A stretch of DNA of 64,000 bases. Source: an uncultured bacterium. Lineage in GTDB: Bacteria; Patescibacteriota; Saccharimonadia; UBA4664. The number at the start of each line of letters is the position of its first letter. Within the stretch, counting starts at the first letter, position 1. Positions 1 to 9,820 of the stretch are shown in pieces. The position numbers and the translations under genes are program-made. The stretch spans positions 325,916 through 389,915 of the forward strand of contig CAVRET010000001.1 of NCBI GenBank assembly GCA_963720265.1. Reading direction: 5' to 3'. A model generated the notes under the pieces. The model was not told the origin of the DNA. It saw only the letters and a program-made list of their open reading frames with translations, and searched no databases.

Positions 1-219
1 CAAGCTGGATGACACCTTTGGTACTGGTTGTGGCATCACTGGATGACGGCGGTGTGGCCCAGCTGCCGTCACCGCGCAGAAAAACGCTGTTTGTGGCTGA
101 GCCACTACCAAGTTCTGAGGTTTTAACCGTGCCGTCGCTATTGTGAGCGACGGACAAAAAGTCGTTGAGGATATTACCCCAAGTACCGTCGTCTGAGCCC
201 GGAGTTGGCAGTCTCGACA
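1..219 (-). CDS. Tail-fibre-like protein, N-terminal part only. The start codon is at 219 and the gene runs off the left edge of the window. It is a paralogue of 17654..19642.
   Basis: Reverse-strand translation from ATG at 219-217 gives MSRLPTPGSDDGTWGNILNDFLSVAHNSDGTVKTSELGSGSATNSVFLRGDGSWATPPSSSDATTSTKGVIQL. This is near-identical in pattern to the N-terminus of 17654..19642 (MSRLPTPGGDDGSWGNVLNDFL...TSSKGIIEL). The FLRGDGSWATP motif is typical of phage (notably actinophage) minor tail/tail fibre proteins. Confidence 0.6.
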
Positions 220-353
220 TAAATTAGCTCACACTCACTATCATGCTTGTGTTCAGTTTAGCATGCCGCAAGCTGGGCGATAATTGCGTTGGTCGCGAAA
301 CGGTGAGCGCCCGGGGATCGCCCGGGCGGTCTCACCATTTCGCAGGTGGCGCC

Positions 354-2075
354 TTAGCTTAGGCAGCCGACGCGCCACCTGAGGCACCGGTAGAGGTTGA
401 GGAACCCGAGGGCGTCGAAGGTAGTCTCCGAGTTAGTCGCGATTATCCCGTTGTACTCAAGTGGTGTTAGACTCGAGTGCTTGAGCTTCAGGGCAATCGC
501 TATCACGAGTCCAGGGGTGGTGGGATTCGTGAACTTGAACCCGGGTATCCACGACTCGAGGAATCCGCCGGCCTGTCCGGGCCGGGTGTAGGTTACCCCC
601 GTGTCGGCGTGGATTTTTCCGTTCGCGCCAATCTGGGTAGCGACTATCGCTGCGGCTGCGGCGCCGGCAAACTGGCGGGCCAGCGCGGCGACTTGCGGCG
701 ACAGCTGCTTGTAGTAGACGTAGCCGAGTTGGGCCTCGAGTGCACCAAATACCGAGGTCCTAATACTGCTCAGCTCACCACAATTAAACGGCTCGCATTT
801 GGGCACGCCGTAACCGGTTCGGTTGAACTGGCCCTGCAGGTGCCAGGCGATTTGAGCCGGCGTACCACCCTGCAGGAAATCGCCGATGATCGGCCAGTCC
901 TGACCGCCGGGTATCGGGTAGTTGACGTCATGGTGCTTCATGAGTACCGTTAGCGCCATCCATCCCTGCAGGAACGGATCGAGCTCTCCGGTCTCGATGT
1001 ACAGACCCTCGAACAAGCATACCTTAGAGTGGTATGCATAGGCATACTGGTTCGAGGCTGCGATGTGTTGGCAGTCCGGGTAGGCCTTGGGGTTAATCGG
1101 CATGTCGTCCGGCAGGTTGCTGACGTTGGTAACGAACAGCGGCGCCCGCAGGTCGAATCCCGGCTCGTAGTTGTTGGCGCGCATGAAGTTGGCCAACCGT
1201 GCGGCCCAGGCCGGCATCTTACCGTACCCGTTCCAGTAGAGGTAGGCCTCCTGGGTGGCGTGTCTCACCGTAAACCGCAGCGACTTCAGTAGGTATTGAC
1301 TGCTGTCGTTGAAGGTGAACGGTCCCAGGCCGGCGTTGCTTCCTGAGGCGAGTGGCTCTAGGAATTGCTTGTCGAGATAGAGCTTGGCACTTTCCTTGAC
1401 GCTGAGCGGCTGGACTTGCAACTGCCACTGGGTCTTGGTGTAGGCCCAATTGACGGTTATACGTAGGGTGACCGCATTCTGCATGGCAGGCGACGAAAAG
1501 CTGACCGTGTAGTAGTCATGCGTCGCGTCGAAGCTGTCGTCCGTGAGGCTCGAGGCCGGGTAGTCCGTGTCTGGAATTTTCTCGTCCTGGCCGAGCAGCG
1601 TCCAGGTTCCCTCCGTTACGAACATGAGTCGCAGCGGCAGGGCCGAGAACTCGCTCTGAACGGCCTGCTGGTTCGGCAGCAGTTTGAGCAGAGCCTTGGC
1701 GAACTGGTTGCCTCCCGTGATTGCATCATCGACCGCCTTGAGCGGCGGAGGTTTGAGCATCGGTGCGGCAGCGCTGTTGTTGCCCCAGTCGCGCACTACG
1801 ACTGCGCCCAAGGGTATCCCGCCGAAGATAGTTGCCAGCGGCATGATGATGGTGACAGCGTAGCGCCAGCGGCGGAAGATCCCGCCTACGGTTCGCCGGA
1901 ACCTTCTTTGCTTGCGCAGTCCTTCAATCCTGGGCAGCGTACCGGTCGCGGTGTGACCAGGTAGTTCGCGTCGAAGTCGCCTTGGCGGCTCACCCGGGCG
2001 TCGTCTCCTCGGAAACCAGCCTGTGCGCTGCCTGGGGCCTTCTCGGCGGCCTCTTCGTAGCCGTCCTCTTACCAT
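354..2075 (-). CDS. Hypothetical secreted/membrane-anchored protein. Start is uncertain; the ORF is open to 2144, with candidate starts at 2075 or 1844.
   Basis: 596-codon minus-strand ORF. The Arg-rich first ~90 aa look like out-of-frame GC noise. It is followed by a basic stretch plus hydrophobic anchor (RKQRRFRRTVGGIFRRWRYAVTIIMPLATIFGGIPLGAVVV) and then a large non-repetitive domain. No family recognised. Confidence 0.55.
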   Translation of the reverse strand: MVRGRLRRGRREGPRQRTGWFPRRRRPGEPPRRLRRELPGHTATGTLPRIEGLRKQRRFRRTVGGIFRRWRYAVTIIMPLATIFGGIPLGAVVVRDWGNNSAAAPMLKPPPLKAVDDAITGGNQFAKALLKLLPNQQAVQSEFSALPLRLMFVTEGTWTLLGQDEKIPDTDYPASSLTDDSFDATHDYYTVSFSSPAMQNAVTLRITVNWAYTKTQWQLQVQPLSVKESAKLYLDKQFLEPLASGSNAGLGPFTFNDSSQYLLKSLRFTVRHATQEAYLYWNGYGKMPAWAARLANFMRANNYEPGFDLRAPLFVTNVSNLPDDMPINPKAYPDCQHIAASNQYAYAYHSKVCLFEGLYIETGELDPFLQGWMALTVLMKHHDVNYPIPGGQDWPIIGDFLQGGTPAQIAWHLQGQFNRTGYGVPKCEPFNCGELSSIRTSVFGALEAQLGYVYYKQLSPQVAALARQFAGAAAAAIVATQIGANGKIHADTGVTYTRPGQAGGFLESWIPGFKFTNPTTPGLVIAIALKLKHSSLTPLEYNGIIATNSETTFDALGFLNLYRCLRWRVGCLS

Positions 2076-2091
2076 CGTGGCTCCTGGACTG

Positions 2092-2460
2092 TTAAGTTGC
2101 GGGTTCCTGACCGGCAGTGTCGGACGATGCTGGCGGGTCGCCATTCGGACTTTGCCCGTTGGCGCGTTTCGTTGCCCTGTGACTCCAGAGGATGGCGAAT
2201 ATTACGCCGAGGACGGCTCCCGCCCATAGGGCCACGTTGCTGAGATAGAACGCGGTGTGGGGCCCGCTGTAGGTTTGGATGCCGCCGGTCTGCGTGACAC
2301 CGATTTCGCCGGCTGCGGCAATGGCGAAACAAGCCAACGTGAGGGTCCCAGAGTGGCGGTACAACCAGCTGAGCGTGCGCCTAACACTCCGGCGCGGTGG
2401 CCTGGGCGGCCGCGCCCGATCACCCGGGGCCATTGCGGACCTCGGTGGTGTGACTGGCAT
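2092..2460 (-). CDS. Small putative membrane protein with two hydrophobic helices.
   Basis: 122-aa ORF with two hydrophobic segments (LTLACFAIAAAG ; VALWAGAVLGVIFAILW). The GC-rich context makes a spurious ORF possible. Confidence 0.3.
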   Translation of the reverse strand: MPVTPPRSAMAPGDRARPPRPPRRSVRRTLSWLYRHSGTLTLACFAIAAAGEIGVTQTGGIQTYSGPHTAFYLSNVALWAGAVLGVIFAILWSHRATKRANGQSPNGDPPASSDTAGQEPAT

Positions 2461-2564
2461 GGATTTCTCCCTCCTAGTGCCAGATGGGAACGCGCTTGTA
2501 GTTTGAAATATAATGATTTATATGTCAATACGTAACGATGCGAGCGCCAGGACTTTTGTTCGGT

Positions 2565-4016
2565 TTACTGCGGGCGGCGGGTGCGCCGCCAACGGGCGCT
2601 GAGGCGGTCGTACCACGTTTGACGGGGTTGCTCTGGTGTGCCGTGATCTGCATCCTCGGGACCGACTTGTGCCTGCGATATGAATGGTTGCGGCGCGGCT
2701 GGCTCGGGCGAAGCCGGCTGAACAAGCTTAGCCGGCCCAGCGGATGTCAAAAGATCGGTGCGCTCAGTGTCCACTCCCCTGGTCCTGGCCCCTTGCTCGG
2801 CCATAGTACTAGGCTGACCTCGTAGCGGTAACCCGGCTCCTGTAAATCCGGGAGTGGCCGGCGCCTCCGCGGCCTCTGGTGGCAGTCTGGGGGCCGGTAC
2901 TGGCGGTACTGCTTCTGCTCCTCGCGTAGTATCAGTATGTGACGCTTCCGTTGAGGCTGGGCGTCGGCCATACGTGCCGTCACGGACGCCGTTTGCGACT
3001 TGTTTCCATTCAGCTTCGCTTCTCACGCTCACGTCGTGCCGGTAGGGAGGTGCGAAATCTGCCACGTTGTCGATATCATTGAAACGTTGTCGTTGGCTGC
3101 CGGTAGTTATCGTCTGGGGATATCTTTCGGAGGGGGGTACTGGCTTTGGAGCCGGCCTGTGCTGCTCGGGCGAGGTTTCTTGCAACTCCCCTTGCGTGCT
3201 GATACCAGGGTCGTCATGGTGCACTTCATGTACTTCGGCGTCGACGGGAGCAACGATGGCGTCATACTGCTGCTTGCCTCTGACTCTGGCTTCGGCGGTT
3301 CTGGCTTCAATTTCTGCTCGATGTTGCTCATCATCCGTTTGTGTAGCTTGGCCGTCGACGTTGGCGTCATGGCTTTCGGCGAGCGCGTGGCGGGCTTGAT
3401 GATAGGCTTTGTTGTACTTCTTTTGCCACTCCGTATTGGGATTACCGAACTGGGCGGGGTGGCGATAAAGTGCGTCGCGCTTGGAGAAGCCATACTTACC
3501 GTCCATATCTGTTGGTGGCACTTCGGGAATCGGGGCGGGGGCAACGGGTTCAACATTGGCCTCGGCCTCTACTTGTACCTGTATGGCTCGATAAACAGCT
3601 TCCCGGGCGGCATCAATCGTGGTCGCATCTCCGCCCAGCTTGGCTTCTGAAAAATCGGCTTGGGCGGCGCGCACGTCATCGTTGCCCGGCATATGCAACA
3701 AATAGTCGTCGCTCTTGAGCTGTTCAATTGCCTCTCTGGCGGCTGCTAATTGGTGCTCGCCAAGCAGCCCGATCAGTGCGTCACGCGCCTCAATTTTGGC
3801 CAGTGGGTCGTCTCCGGCCTTGGCTGCTCGTAGGAGCTCCTGAGCGGCGACAATGGTTTCATCTCCTGTGGCCTCCAGTAGTACCTTGTCAACTTGCTCA
3901 AACTCTCTTTCAACATTGGAAAAGTCAAAATCTTGCCCGTCGCGCCGGTGTTTGGCAGTGTGGTGGTGGTCTGCCTCGTCCGCACTTGGGCCTGGGCCGT
4001 GAATTGTTTCAGTCAT
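2565..4016 (-). CDS. Hypothetical acidic low-complexity protein, ~483 aa. An alternative start at 4040 exists.
   Basis: Long minus-strand ORF. An SD-like AAGAGGGGA lies 6-13 nt upstream of the ATG at 4016. The protein is rich in Ala/Glu/Asp/Pro/His. No recognised domain. Confidence 0.5.
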   Translation of the reverse strand: MTETIHGPGPSADEADHHHTAKHRRDGQDFDFSNVEREFEQVDKVLLEATGDETIVAAQELLRAAKAGDDPLAKIEARDALIGLLGEHQLAAAREAIEQLKSDDYLLHMPGNDDVRAAQADFSEAKLGGDATTIDAAREAVYRAIQVQVEAEANVEPVAPAPIPEVPPTDMDGKYGFSKRDALYRHPAQFGNPNTEWQKKYNKAYHQARHALAESHDANVDGQATQTDDEQHRAEIEARTAEARVRGKQQYDAIVAPVDAEVHEVHHDDPGISTQGELQETSPEQHRPAPKPVPPSERYPQTITTGSQRQRFNDIDNVADFAPPYRHDVSVRSEAEWKQVANGVRDGTYGRRPASTEASHTDTTRGAEAVPPVPAPRLPPEAAEAPATPGFTGAGLPLRGQPSTMAEQGARTRGVDTERTDLLTSAGPAKLVQPASPEPAAPQPFISQAQVGPEDADHGTPEQPRQTWYDRLSARWRRTRRPQ

Positions 4017-4065
4017 GCCTGATCCCCTCTTGTTAAGCATAAGTATAACACTAGCGGCGTGTCAT

Positions 4066-5202
4066 CTAGAAAAGCGGCGGCCGCTCTCCCTGCCCTTGCA
4101 ATTGGTTACCGCCAGTACTCGAGTTGTCAAAAAATAATGGCGGGTTCAAATAGAGCGCTGGGTTCATAATAATGACCTCACCCGACGCGGCCGGGGGTGG
4201 GGGTGTCGGCGACGGCGATGGTGACGGCGATGGTGACGGTGTGGGGACTGGTGTCGGTGACGGTGTTGGTGCCGGCGTCGGCGAGGGTGTCGGCGGCGGT
4301 GCGACTGCCGCAAAGCTGTCAGTATTCCCGCAGCGCCGGTTGATTACGATTTGACCGGACGGGACGTTAAAAACGATGGAATGCCTAGCTTGGGCGGCTT
4401 CCTCTCGCATTTCTTCGTCGTGGTCCCAGTCGACTGAAGAAGTATTGGTATGAGTTTGAAGGGAAACTGATGCCGGTGCAGCCACGTCCCACTGAACTTC
4501 GTGATTAGCGTCAGCTTGCAGTACTTCCTGTGACCAGGTACTAAATTCATTGCGCGCATCCTCGATCCCAGCCTGTACGTTATTATATGGTCCGGTGCTG
4601 GCGTTAACTTGGCTGGCGAACAGATTGCCGACATCGTAGGTCGTGTACGGCCCGCCGACCATGGTGAGCACGATCCACGATGCCCCGAGGATTCTGCCGT
4701 CGTAATACTGGCAGGCATCATAATTTGGAATAGATTCTGATGGTTGGACGAACTCTGCATCAAAGTTGCAACCCGCTTGGGTGTAGTTCAAGTAATCGCC
4801 AATGAAATTTACGAATGCCTGGGCAGAGCCGGCTTGCCCCTCTGTGGTATCAGGAAATGCCCACTTATCTAGTCCATCCGAGCCGAGTGGATCGACGTAA
4901 TCCCATAGCCCGCACTCAGATGGTCCCGTAATGTCGGCGTCAGTATTTTGGAAAGCGGCACATTCGTTTCCGGCATTGGGGGCTCCGGCGTTGGCAAAAA
5001 CCCCGGTCGATCCGTAGCCGCCATTCGTAATACTTGCGCCAAAGTCGATTCCGGAAAAATAAGCCTGATTCAAACATCGACCGTCGAGAGATGTCGGGTA
5101 GGTTGTGCAATCTTTCGCCGCGCTAGCGCTCGGCCAACCATATCCGAGGGGCGATAGGTCGAATAAAAGAGCTAACATCATACACGCAAATATTCGTTTC
5201 AC
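4066..5202 (-). CDS. Secreted protein with a Pro/Thr/Ser-rich linker.
   Basis: N-terminal signal peptide MKRIFACMMLALLFDLSPLGYGWPSASA. Cys-containing domain. C-proximal linker PTPSPTPAPTPSPTPVPTPSPSPSPSPSPTPPPP. The start ATGA overlaps the stop of the upstream gene at 5199. Confidence 0.7.
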   Translation of the reverse strand: MKRIFACMMLALLFDLSPLGYGWPSASAAKDCTTYPTSLDGRCLNQAYFSGIDFGASITNGGYGSTGVFANAGAPNAGNECAAFQNTDADITGPSECGLWDYVDPLGSDGLDKWAFPDTTEGQAGSAQAFVNFIGDYLNYTQAGCNFDAEFVQPSESIPNYDACQYYDGRILGASWIVLTMVGGPYTTYDVGNLFASQVNASTGPYNNVQAGIEDARNEFSTWSQEVLQADANHEVQWDVAAPASVSLQTHTNTSSVDWDHDEEMREEAAQARHSIVFNVPSGQIVINRRCGNTDSFAAVAPPPTPSPTPAPTPSPTPVPTPSPSPSPSPSPTPPPPAASGEVIIMNPALYLNPPLFFDNSSTGGNQLQGQGERPPLF

Positions 5203-5726
5203 GGTTGACCTTCCAGATTTTTAATGGTGGCGTTAAGGTCATCAATGTCGCCGGACTCGGCCGGGTTCGCTTGCGCTATTTTTAAAGCGTTTTTGAAATA
5301 TTGGAGCGCCAAAGTGTTATTGCCTTCGGCGGCCTCCGTTTGGCCGATAGTCTCCGCGTCAAATTCGGTCAGGTGGCCACCGTCGTCAGCGACGGCCTGC
5401 TGGTAGTATTGAACCGCTTTAGCATTATTATGATCATCGACTGCCAGATTGCCTAGCAGTACAAGCGGTTTGTAACGGTCCTGCTTGGGAGGATTTGTAG
5501 CTAGATAATTTTTTAGCGTGCTGGCTTCGTCTGTATAGTTTAGTTCTTGGTCCAGGTAGTCAGCCTGCGACATCACCGAATTATATTGATCTGGCGCGGA
5601 AGTACTCTGGTTTATATAGTTGAATGTCAGCCATCCGCCGGCACCAATCGCTAAAATGACGCACAAGACAACGACAAATGTCCAATTTGGAATAAATCTT
5701 CTTTTGTGATCGTCATCTAGCCGCAT
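5199..5726 (-). CDS. Membrane-anchored TPR-like/helical-repeat protein.
   Basis: Start taken at MRLDDDHKRRFIPNW. Single TM segment FVVVLCVILAIGAGGW. Ala/Leu/Asn/Gln-rich helical repeats (AVQYYQQA, LALQYFKNALKIAQ) resemble TPR-like repeats. Confidence 0.55.
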   Translation of the reverse strand: MRLDDDHKRRFIPNWTFVVVLCVILAIGAGGWLTFNYINQSTSAPDQYNSVMSQADYLDQELNYTDEASTLKNYLATNPPKQDRYKPLVLLGNLAVDDHNNAKAVQYYQQAVADDGGHLTEFDAETIGQTEAAEGNNTLALQYFKNALKIAQANPAESGDIDDLNATIKNLEGQP

Positions 5727-5842
5727 TGGATAGCCTTTGGCGTTACCACACGAAGTCCTGCACTGCACCCTAATAGTATAGTGTTAATGCTTGTCGGCCG
5801 CTGCGTCGCAACTGATTGTATCTTAATCCTAGCCACGGCTCG

Positions 5843-7801
5843 TTACGATCCTAACCTATGCAAAAGGATATTTGGCGCCATGAGGAAGCCGTAGACGGTC
5901 AGTGTGTTATCGCACTGCGGCGGCATAGGCGGGGAGGCAGTGTAACAGGTATCAATGGTGTTATCGCTAAACAGCATTGCATCCACCTGTGTTGCCGGAT
6001 CATTAATGTCGATTGATCCGCCGGCGAGTATGCCTAGCGACGGCAAAGTCGACAAATCAGCGCCGCTGGCGCTACCGGAGACGTTTATGTTCCCGGAAAT
6101 CGTTACGTCGCCGTTTACGACTATCGTTAACGGGAGGTTTTGCGAGTACGTTCCTTGAAGGTTCACCGGGCCTTGAATATACGCCACGGCTTTACCGTTG
6201 ACTAACGTGACGTTTGGCGCGCTGTTGAAATCGGTGCCAAGATCGTACGTCCCGCTGGCCATCCAGCTGGCCCCTGTCGGCATATTAGTCTGGGCATAGT
6301 TATACAAATCCGGCCGGCACACCGTGGAGTAACCGCCGTTTGGCCCTGCGTTCCCCAGGTCCAGGGAGCTGTCACCGGCAATGCCGTTTGAGCCAATATT
6401 ATTGATTAAGCCTGACGCCGATACGACGTACTGACCGTATGATTCGGCGTTGGAGTTGGTATTTATATACCCCGAGGCGTCTTGCGGTCCGCCGCAGACT
6501 CCGCCCCCGGCGTGGATATCGCTGCCCATGCCAACCACTGACGGATAGCGCACCGACGAGATGGTGAATGTCACGGTGGTATGCAGAATGGTGCCGTTTT
6601 GATCTGCAGGATAGTAGTAGACGTCGAACGTGATTGTCCCGGTGGACGCTGAAGCCGGTACTAAAAAGGAAAGTTCAGTGGTACTTAACGTGCCGTTTGG
6701 AAACGGAATGGTAGCCCAGCACCAATTGGGCTTGGTTGGCTTAGGAGGGATGGCCGATGTCTGAGAAAAGTTATACTGGCCGCCTCCATACGACAATGGC
6801 TGCATATTAGGATCTGAACAGGTGGTGGCACACGGTGCAGTGACCCCTGAGGCCGGCAAATCCACTTCCAGTTCACCGGCATCAGAGGGGTCGGGCCCAT
6901 TGTTTTGCAGAGCTAGATCAATGGTGCCGTTTTGTCCGGGTGCTAGCGTGGGATTAACCGCGGTGGCAGTTAAGTTCATGCTGTAGCCGGTCGGCGCCAA
7001 CGGTTCGAACGCGCCGGCTATATTGCCGCATTGGCGGGCGATTCGAAAATAACTGCCGTCGGGATTCGAAAACACAATAGAATCAAATGTGTATAAGTGA
7101 CCATCCGAGCGCCATGCGACATCTTTTGCATCACCCGGGTCAGCTTGTCCAGGGGGGTCGGTGATGCAGGTGGTTTGCCCCGAGTAGCACACATGTGCGG
7201 TATCAGGTGAGCCCGCTGGGTAGGGTTGGGCCGCTACGTCCCAGTTGACTTTGCCCGCAGCATCATAAGCATTAACGTCCTGTTCCCATTGGGTCAGATG
7301 CTGCTGCGCGTAGGCGACCCCGGCATGCCAGTCGCAAGTCGTCGTGGTGGCGCTACCTGTGTACCACTCGCACAGTCCAGGTCCTGTCTCGCCCAGCATG
7401 GCATCAATAATGAAGCCAGCACCGACGGCACCGTAGTAGTACTGGGTGTCATTATCCGATTGGGACAGGTAAGTCGATAGCTCGTTTTCAAATGAGGCAG
7501 CGGTCGTGTTAGTGGGAAAATCACTGGTGGTGCACGTCGGACACGGCGGGAGTACCCCGTTGCCCGGCACGGCATCGGCATAGGCGCCGTAACTATAAAA
7601 ATTTTGATTCGTAAAGTAGCCGTCGCAGCCTTGTCGGCCCAGTATGGTAAATCCGCAATAAAAGCCATAGTTTGCGCCGGTGGGGGCGGGGTCGGCTTTG
7701 GCGGTTTTTGGCATCAACGCAGCAGATAGGACCGTGAGCGTTACGGTAACGATAAGTAGCCCAAGTGCGTACCAGTGGCGATGTTTAAGCTTCGACGTCA
7801 T
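5843..7801 (-). CDS. Secreted 652-aa protein, possibly adhesin-like with a beta-helical C-terminus.
   Basis: Signal peptide MTSKLKHRHWYALGLLIVTVTLTVLSAALMPKTAKA. Cys-rich N-domain weakly similar to the 4066..5202 product (VNWDVAAQPY vs VQWDVAAPAS). C-terminal Gly/Asn/Ser-rich beta-strand-like repeats (VNGDVTISGNINVSGSASG). Confidence 0.65.
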   Translation of the reverse strand: MTSKLKHRHWYALGLLIVTVTLTVLSAALMPKTAKADPAPTGANYGFYCGFTILGRQGCDGYFTNQNFYSYGAYADAVPGNGVLPPCPTCTTSDFPTNTTAASFENELSTYLSQSDNDTQYYYGAVGAGFIIDAMLGETGPGLCEWYTGSATTTTCDWHAGVAYAQQHLTQWEQDVNAYDAAGKVNWDVAAQPYPAGSPDTAHVCYSGQTTCITDPPGQADPGDAKDVAWRSDGHLYTFDSIVFSNPDGSYFRIARQCGNIAGAFEPLAPTGYSMNLTATAVNPTLAPGQNGTIDLALQNNGPDPSDAGELEVDLPASGVTAPCATTCSDPNMQPLSYGGGQYNFSQTSAIPPKPTKPNWCWATIPFPNGTLSTTELSFLVPASASTGTITFDVYYYPADQNGTILHTTVTFTISSVRYPSVVGMGSDIHAGGGVCGGPQDASGYINTNSNAESYGQYVVSASGLINNIGSNGIAGDSSLDLGNAGPNGGYSTVCRPDLYNYAQTNMPTGASWMASGTYDLGTDFNSAPNVTLVNGKAVAYIQGPVNLQGTYSQNLPLTIVVNGDVTISGNINVSGSASGADLSTLPSLGILAGGSIDINDPATQVDAMLFSDNTIDTCYTASPPMPPQCDNTLTVYGFLMAPNILLHRLGS

Positions 7802-8346
7802 AGGTCTACCGGCTCATTAGTTTGGATTGCGTGGATATACTGCTCGTATTGTTGCGGCGTTCCGCCCAGCGGATCAGCTCCTTTGGCAGATGAAATGGTT
7901 ACAAGTTGCTGCAAGAGTGGAATCAGCTGCCGGCGTTGTCCGGCGCGATATCCCGCCGAAACTTCACCTTGGAGCGCAGCTTCCTTGACGTCACTATTAT
8001 CGAGTTTGATCGATGTTTGGTAGTCCTGCATGGCCGCCGAATATTGTTTAAGGTTGACGCGCGCACTGGCCCGGTCAAGGTAAACAACGGCAAGCGTCTC
8101 ATTGTTAATCTTGTAGGTCCCGGCTTTCTGCCCATTAATCAGCTGGGTAGCGACATTCTCGGTCGTTTGGAAGTCCACACCATTTGCGTCACTCGTTAGT
8201 TGAGCTTGCAGTTGCTGCTGCTTAGTTACCCTCTGATGAGCTCGCAAGGTAACAATAAATAAGCCGATGCTGGCAATACAGAGCACAAGCAAACCCGCCA
8301 TCAGCCAGCCGGCCACATGGTGACGCCGATAGTCTACTATCGGCAT
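7798..8346 (-). CDS. Membrane-anchored hypothetical protein (N-in, single TM). First gene of the 8346->4066 operon.
   Basis: 182-aa ORF. Basic N-terminus then TM segment WLMAGLLVLCIASIGLFIV. Stop overlaps the start of 5843..7801 by 4 nt. Confidence 0.55.
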   Translation of the reverse strand: MPIVDYRRHHVAGWLMAGLLVLCIASIGLFIVTLRAHQRVTKQQQLQAQLTSDANGVDFQTTENVATQLINGQKAGTYKINNETLAVVYLDRASARVNLKQYSAAMQDYQTSIKLDNSDVKEAALQGEVSAGYRAGQRRQLIPLLQQLVTISSAKGADPLGGTPQQYEQYIHAIQTNEPVDL

Positions 8347-8715
8347 GCACGCAACTGATTACTATTGATAATTTTGTACTGCACCCGAGCTCCAGTGCCT
8401 CTTAAGCCACATTTCAAGACTTTATAACACTTATGTTTGACTATAGGGGGAACGGCTTAACTATTCAATAAAAACTGCAGATTTTAGGAGTCGGCGGGCG
8501 AATATCGCCTGTGATTTCTAATGATGAAAGAAGTACAGGCTTAGGTGTGCCGACCCAGCCTAGTAAGCATCAAAGAGCAATTAGGAACGCAGGTTTGAAG
8601 ACTTTCCGCCTTTACGCAGTCTGACACGAGCAGATTGATTACCTGCCGATCTTCTGCCCCGTGGTTGTTTCGGGAACTAATTTGTGGATTTGCTGCTCGA
8701 GTGCTTTCGCTAGCG

Positions 8716-9327
8716 CTATGTGGCTTCGCTGAAATGAATTCCGTCAGTCCCAGCCTCGGAGACAGTGCTCGCATCAAAGAAGGCGCACTTAGTTGCTTGC
8801 GCGACCCGTTGGATTGGGTCGCCGAGTTTATGGGATTTGGCGGCTGATTCGGCGTTGTAGTAGACGCCGCCGTAGAACTCGTCGAAGTCGCGGGCCTTAT
8901 CGTTTATGTAGATTGGACTGATAAGCAGAATTTCGGGGTGCTGGCCGTCTTTTGTTGCCGAATATTCGTCGATGTCCGAGACAAGACCCTTGATCGCAAC
9001 TGCAATTTCATCAGGCGTGCGGTTGAACTCGATTTTGAGGTCGTTCGTTCCGAGCATTAGCAGCATAATATCAATGGGATTGTTGCTTTGGAGACAAGGC
9101 AATAGGTATGTTTTGCCGTTACGGCCCGGTTTCTTGGTGTACTCAAGATCAGTCGTTCGGCTACTTAGACCTTCTTCGATAACGTACAATTTGTCGCCCA
9201 GAGCTCGTTGGAGCCGTCCGGTCCAGCGGATATTGACCGGATAGCGGCCGGTCTTATCTGGCTTTTGGCCCCACGTATTGGAGTCGCCGTAGCAAAGGAC
9301 AGTTAGCGCATCCGGGTTCGTTGTCAT
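8716..9327 (-). CDS. SGNH/GDSL-family hydrolase (esterase/lipase-like).
   Basis: Block I motif LCYGDSNTWG (GDS). MLGTNDL block. C-terminal DGIHFS (catalytic D-x-x-H). Lower-GC region. Confidence 0.75.
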   Translation of the reverse strand: MTTNPDALTVLCYGDSNTWGQKPDKTGRYPVNIRWTGRLQRALGDKLYVIEEGLSSRTTDLEYTKKPGRNGKTYLLPCLQSNNPIDIMLLMLGTNDLKIEFNRTPDEIAVAIKGLVSDIDEYSATKDGQHPEILLISPIYINDKARDFDEFYGGVYYNAESAAKSHKLGDPIQRVAQATKCAFFDASTVSEAGTDGIHFSEAT

Positions 9328-9734
9328 TTAAGGTAACCAAGTTTCTTGAACAATCGAATTCCGGGCGGCACGTGCTCGTAGTCACCCAAGTCCTCAATTT
9401 TGACCCATTTCAGCTCTTCATTGGGGTTGGTGGGTCTTGGTTCGCCGGAAGCTAGCTCACACATACAATCAAGGTACAGGAAACGCTTTTCCTCACCGTC
9501 GTGGTCTTGCTTTTGGTCCTCGTCCCAGGTGAGCTGCTCGTCAATTTTAACCGTCATATTCCAACGCTCTTTGAGCTCTCGGTTCATCATTTCGACCACT
9601 GACCCCTCTCCCTCCAATCTTCCACCGAATAAGCCCCAAGGCTGTTTGTAAGGGTTTTTGGCTGGATCAAATTTTCTCAGAAGAATCTTGTCATCATCTC
9701 TGATGACCGCGATTGCCATGAGTACAGTTTTCAT
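9324..9734 (-). CDS. NUDIX hydrolase.
   Basis: Nudix box GLFGGRLEGEGSVVEMMNRELKEE fits Gx5Ex7REUxEExGU. 136 aa. 4-nt overlap with the downstream GDSL gene. Confidence 0.75.
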   Translation of the reverse strand: MKTVLMAIAVIRDDDKILLRKFDPAKNPYKQPWGLFGGRLEGEGSVVEMMNRELKERWNMTVKIDEQLTWDEDQKQDHDGEEKRFLYLDCMCELASGEPRPTNPNEELKWVKIEDLGDYEHVPPGIRLFKKLGYLK

Positions 9735-9820
9735 GGGCTGATTATAGCGATTTCGCTACCCTGTAAGCAAGAAATTACATAATACTCATGCTTTGCACAG
9801 ATTAGCGGACAATTATCAAA

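Noticed and set aside
4172-4354. Short-period DNA repeat (gtgacggcgatg... / GDGDGDGV plus-strand ORF) that could be mistaken for a CRISPR-like or microsatellite element.
   Set aside because: It is the antisense of the PTPSPTPAPTPSPT linker-coding region of the secreted protein 4066..5202. The period is 6-12 bp with no spacers, so it is not a CRISPR array.
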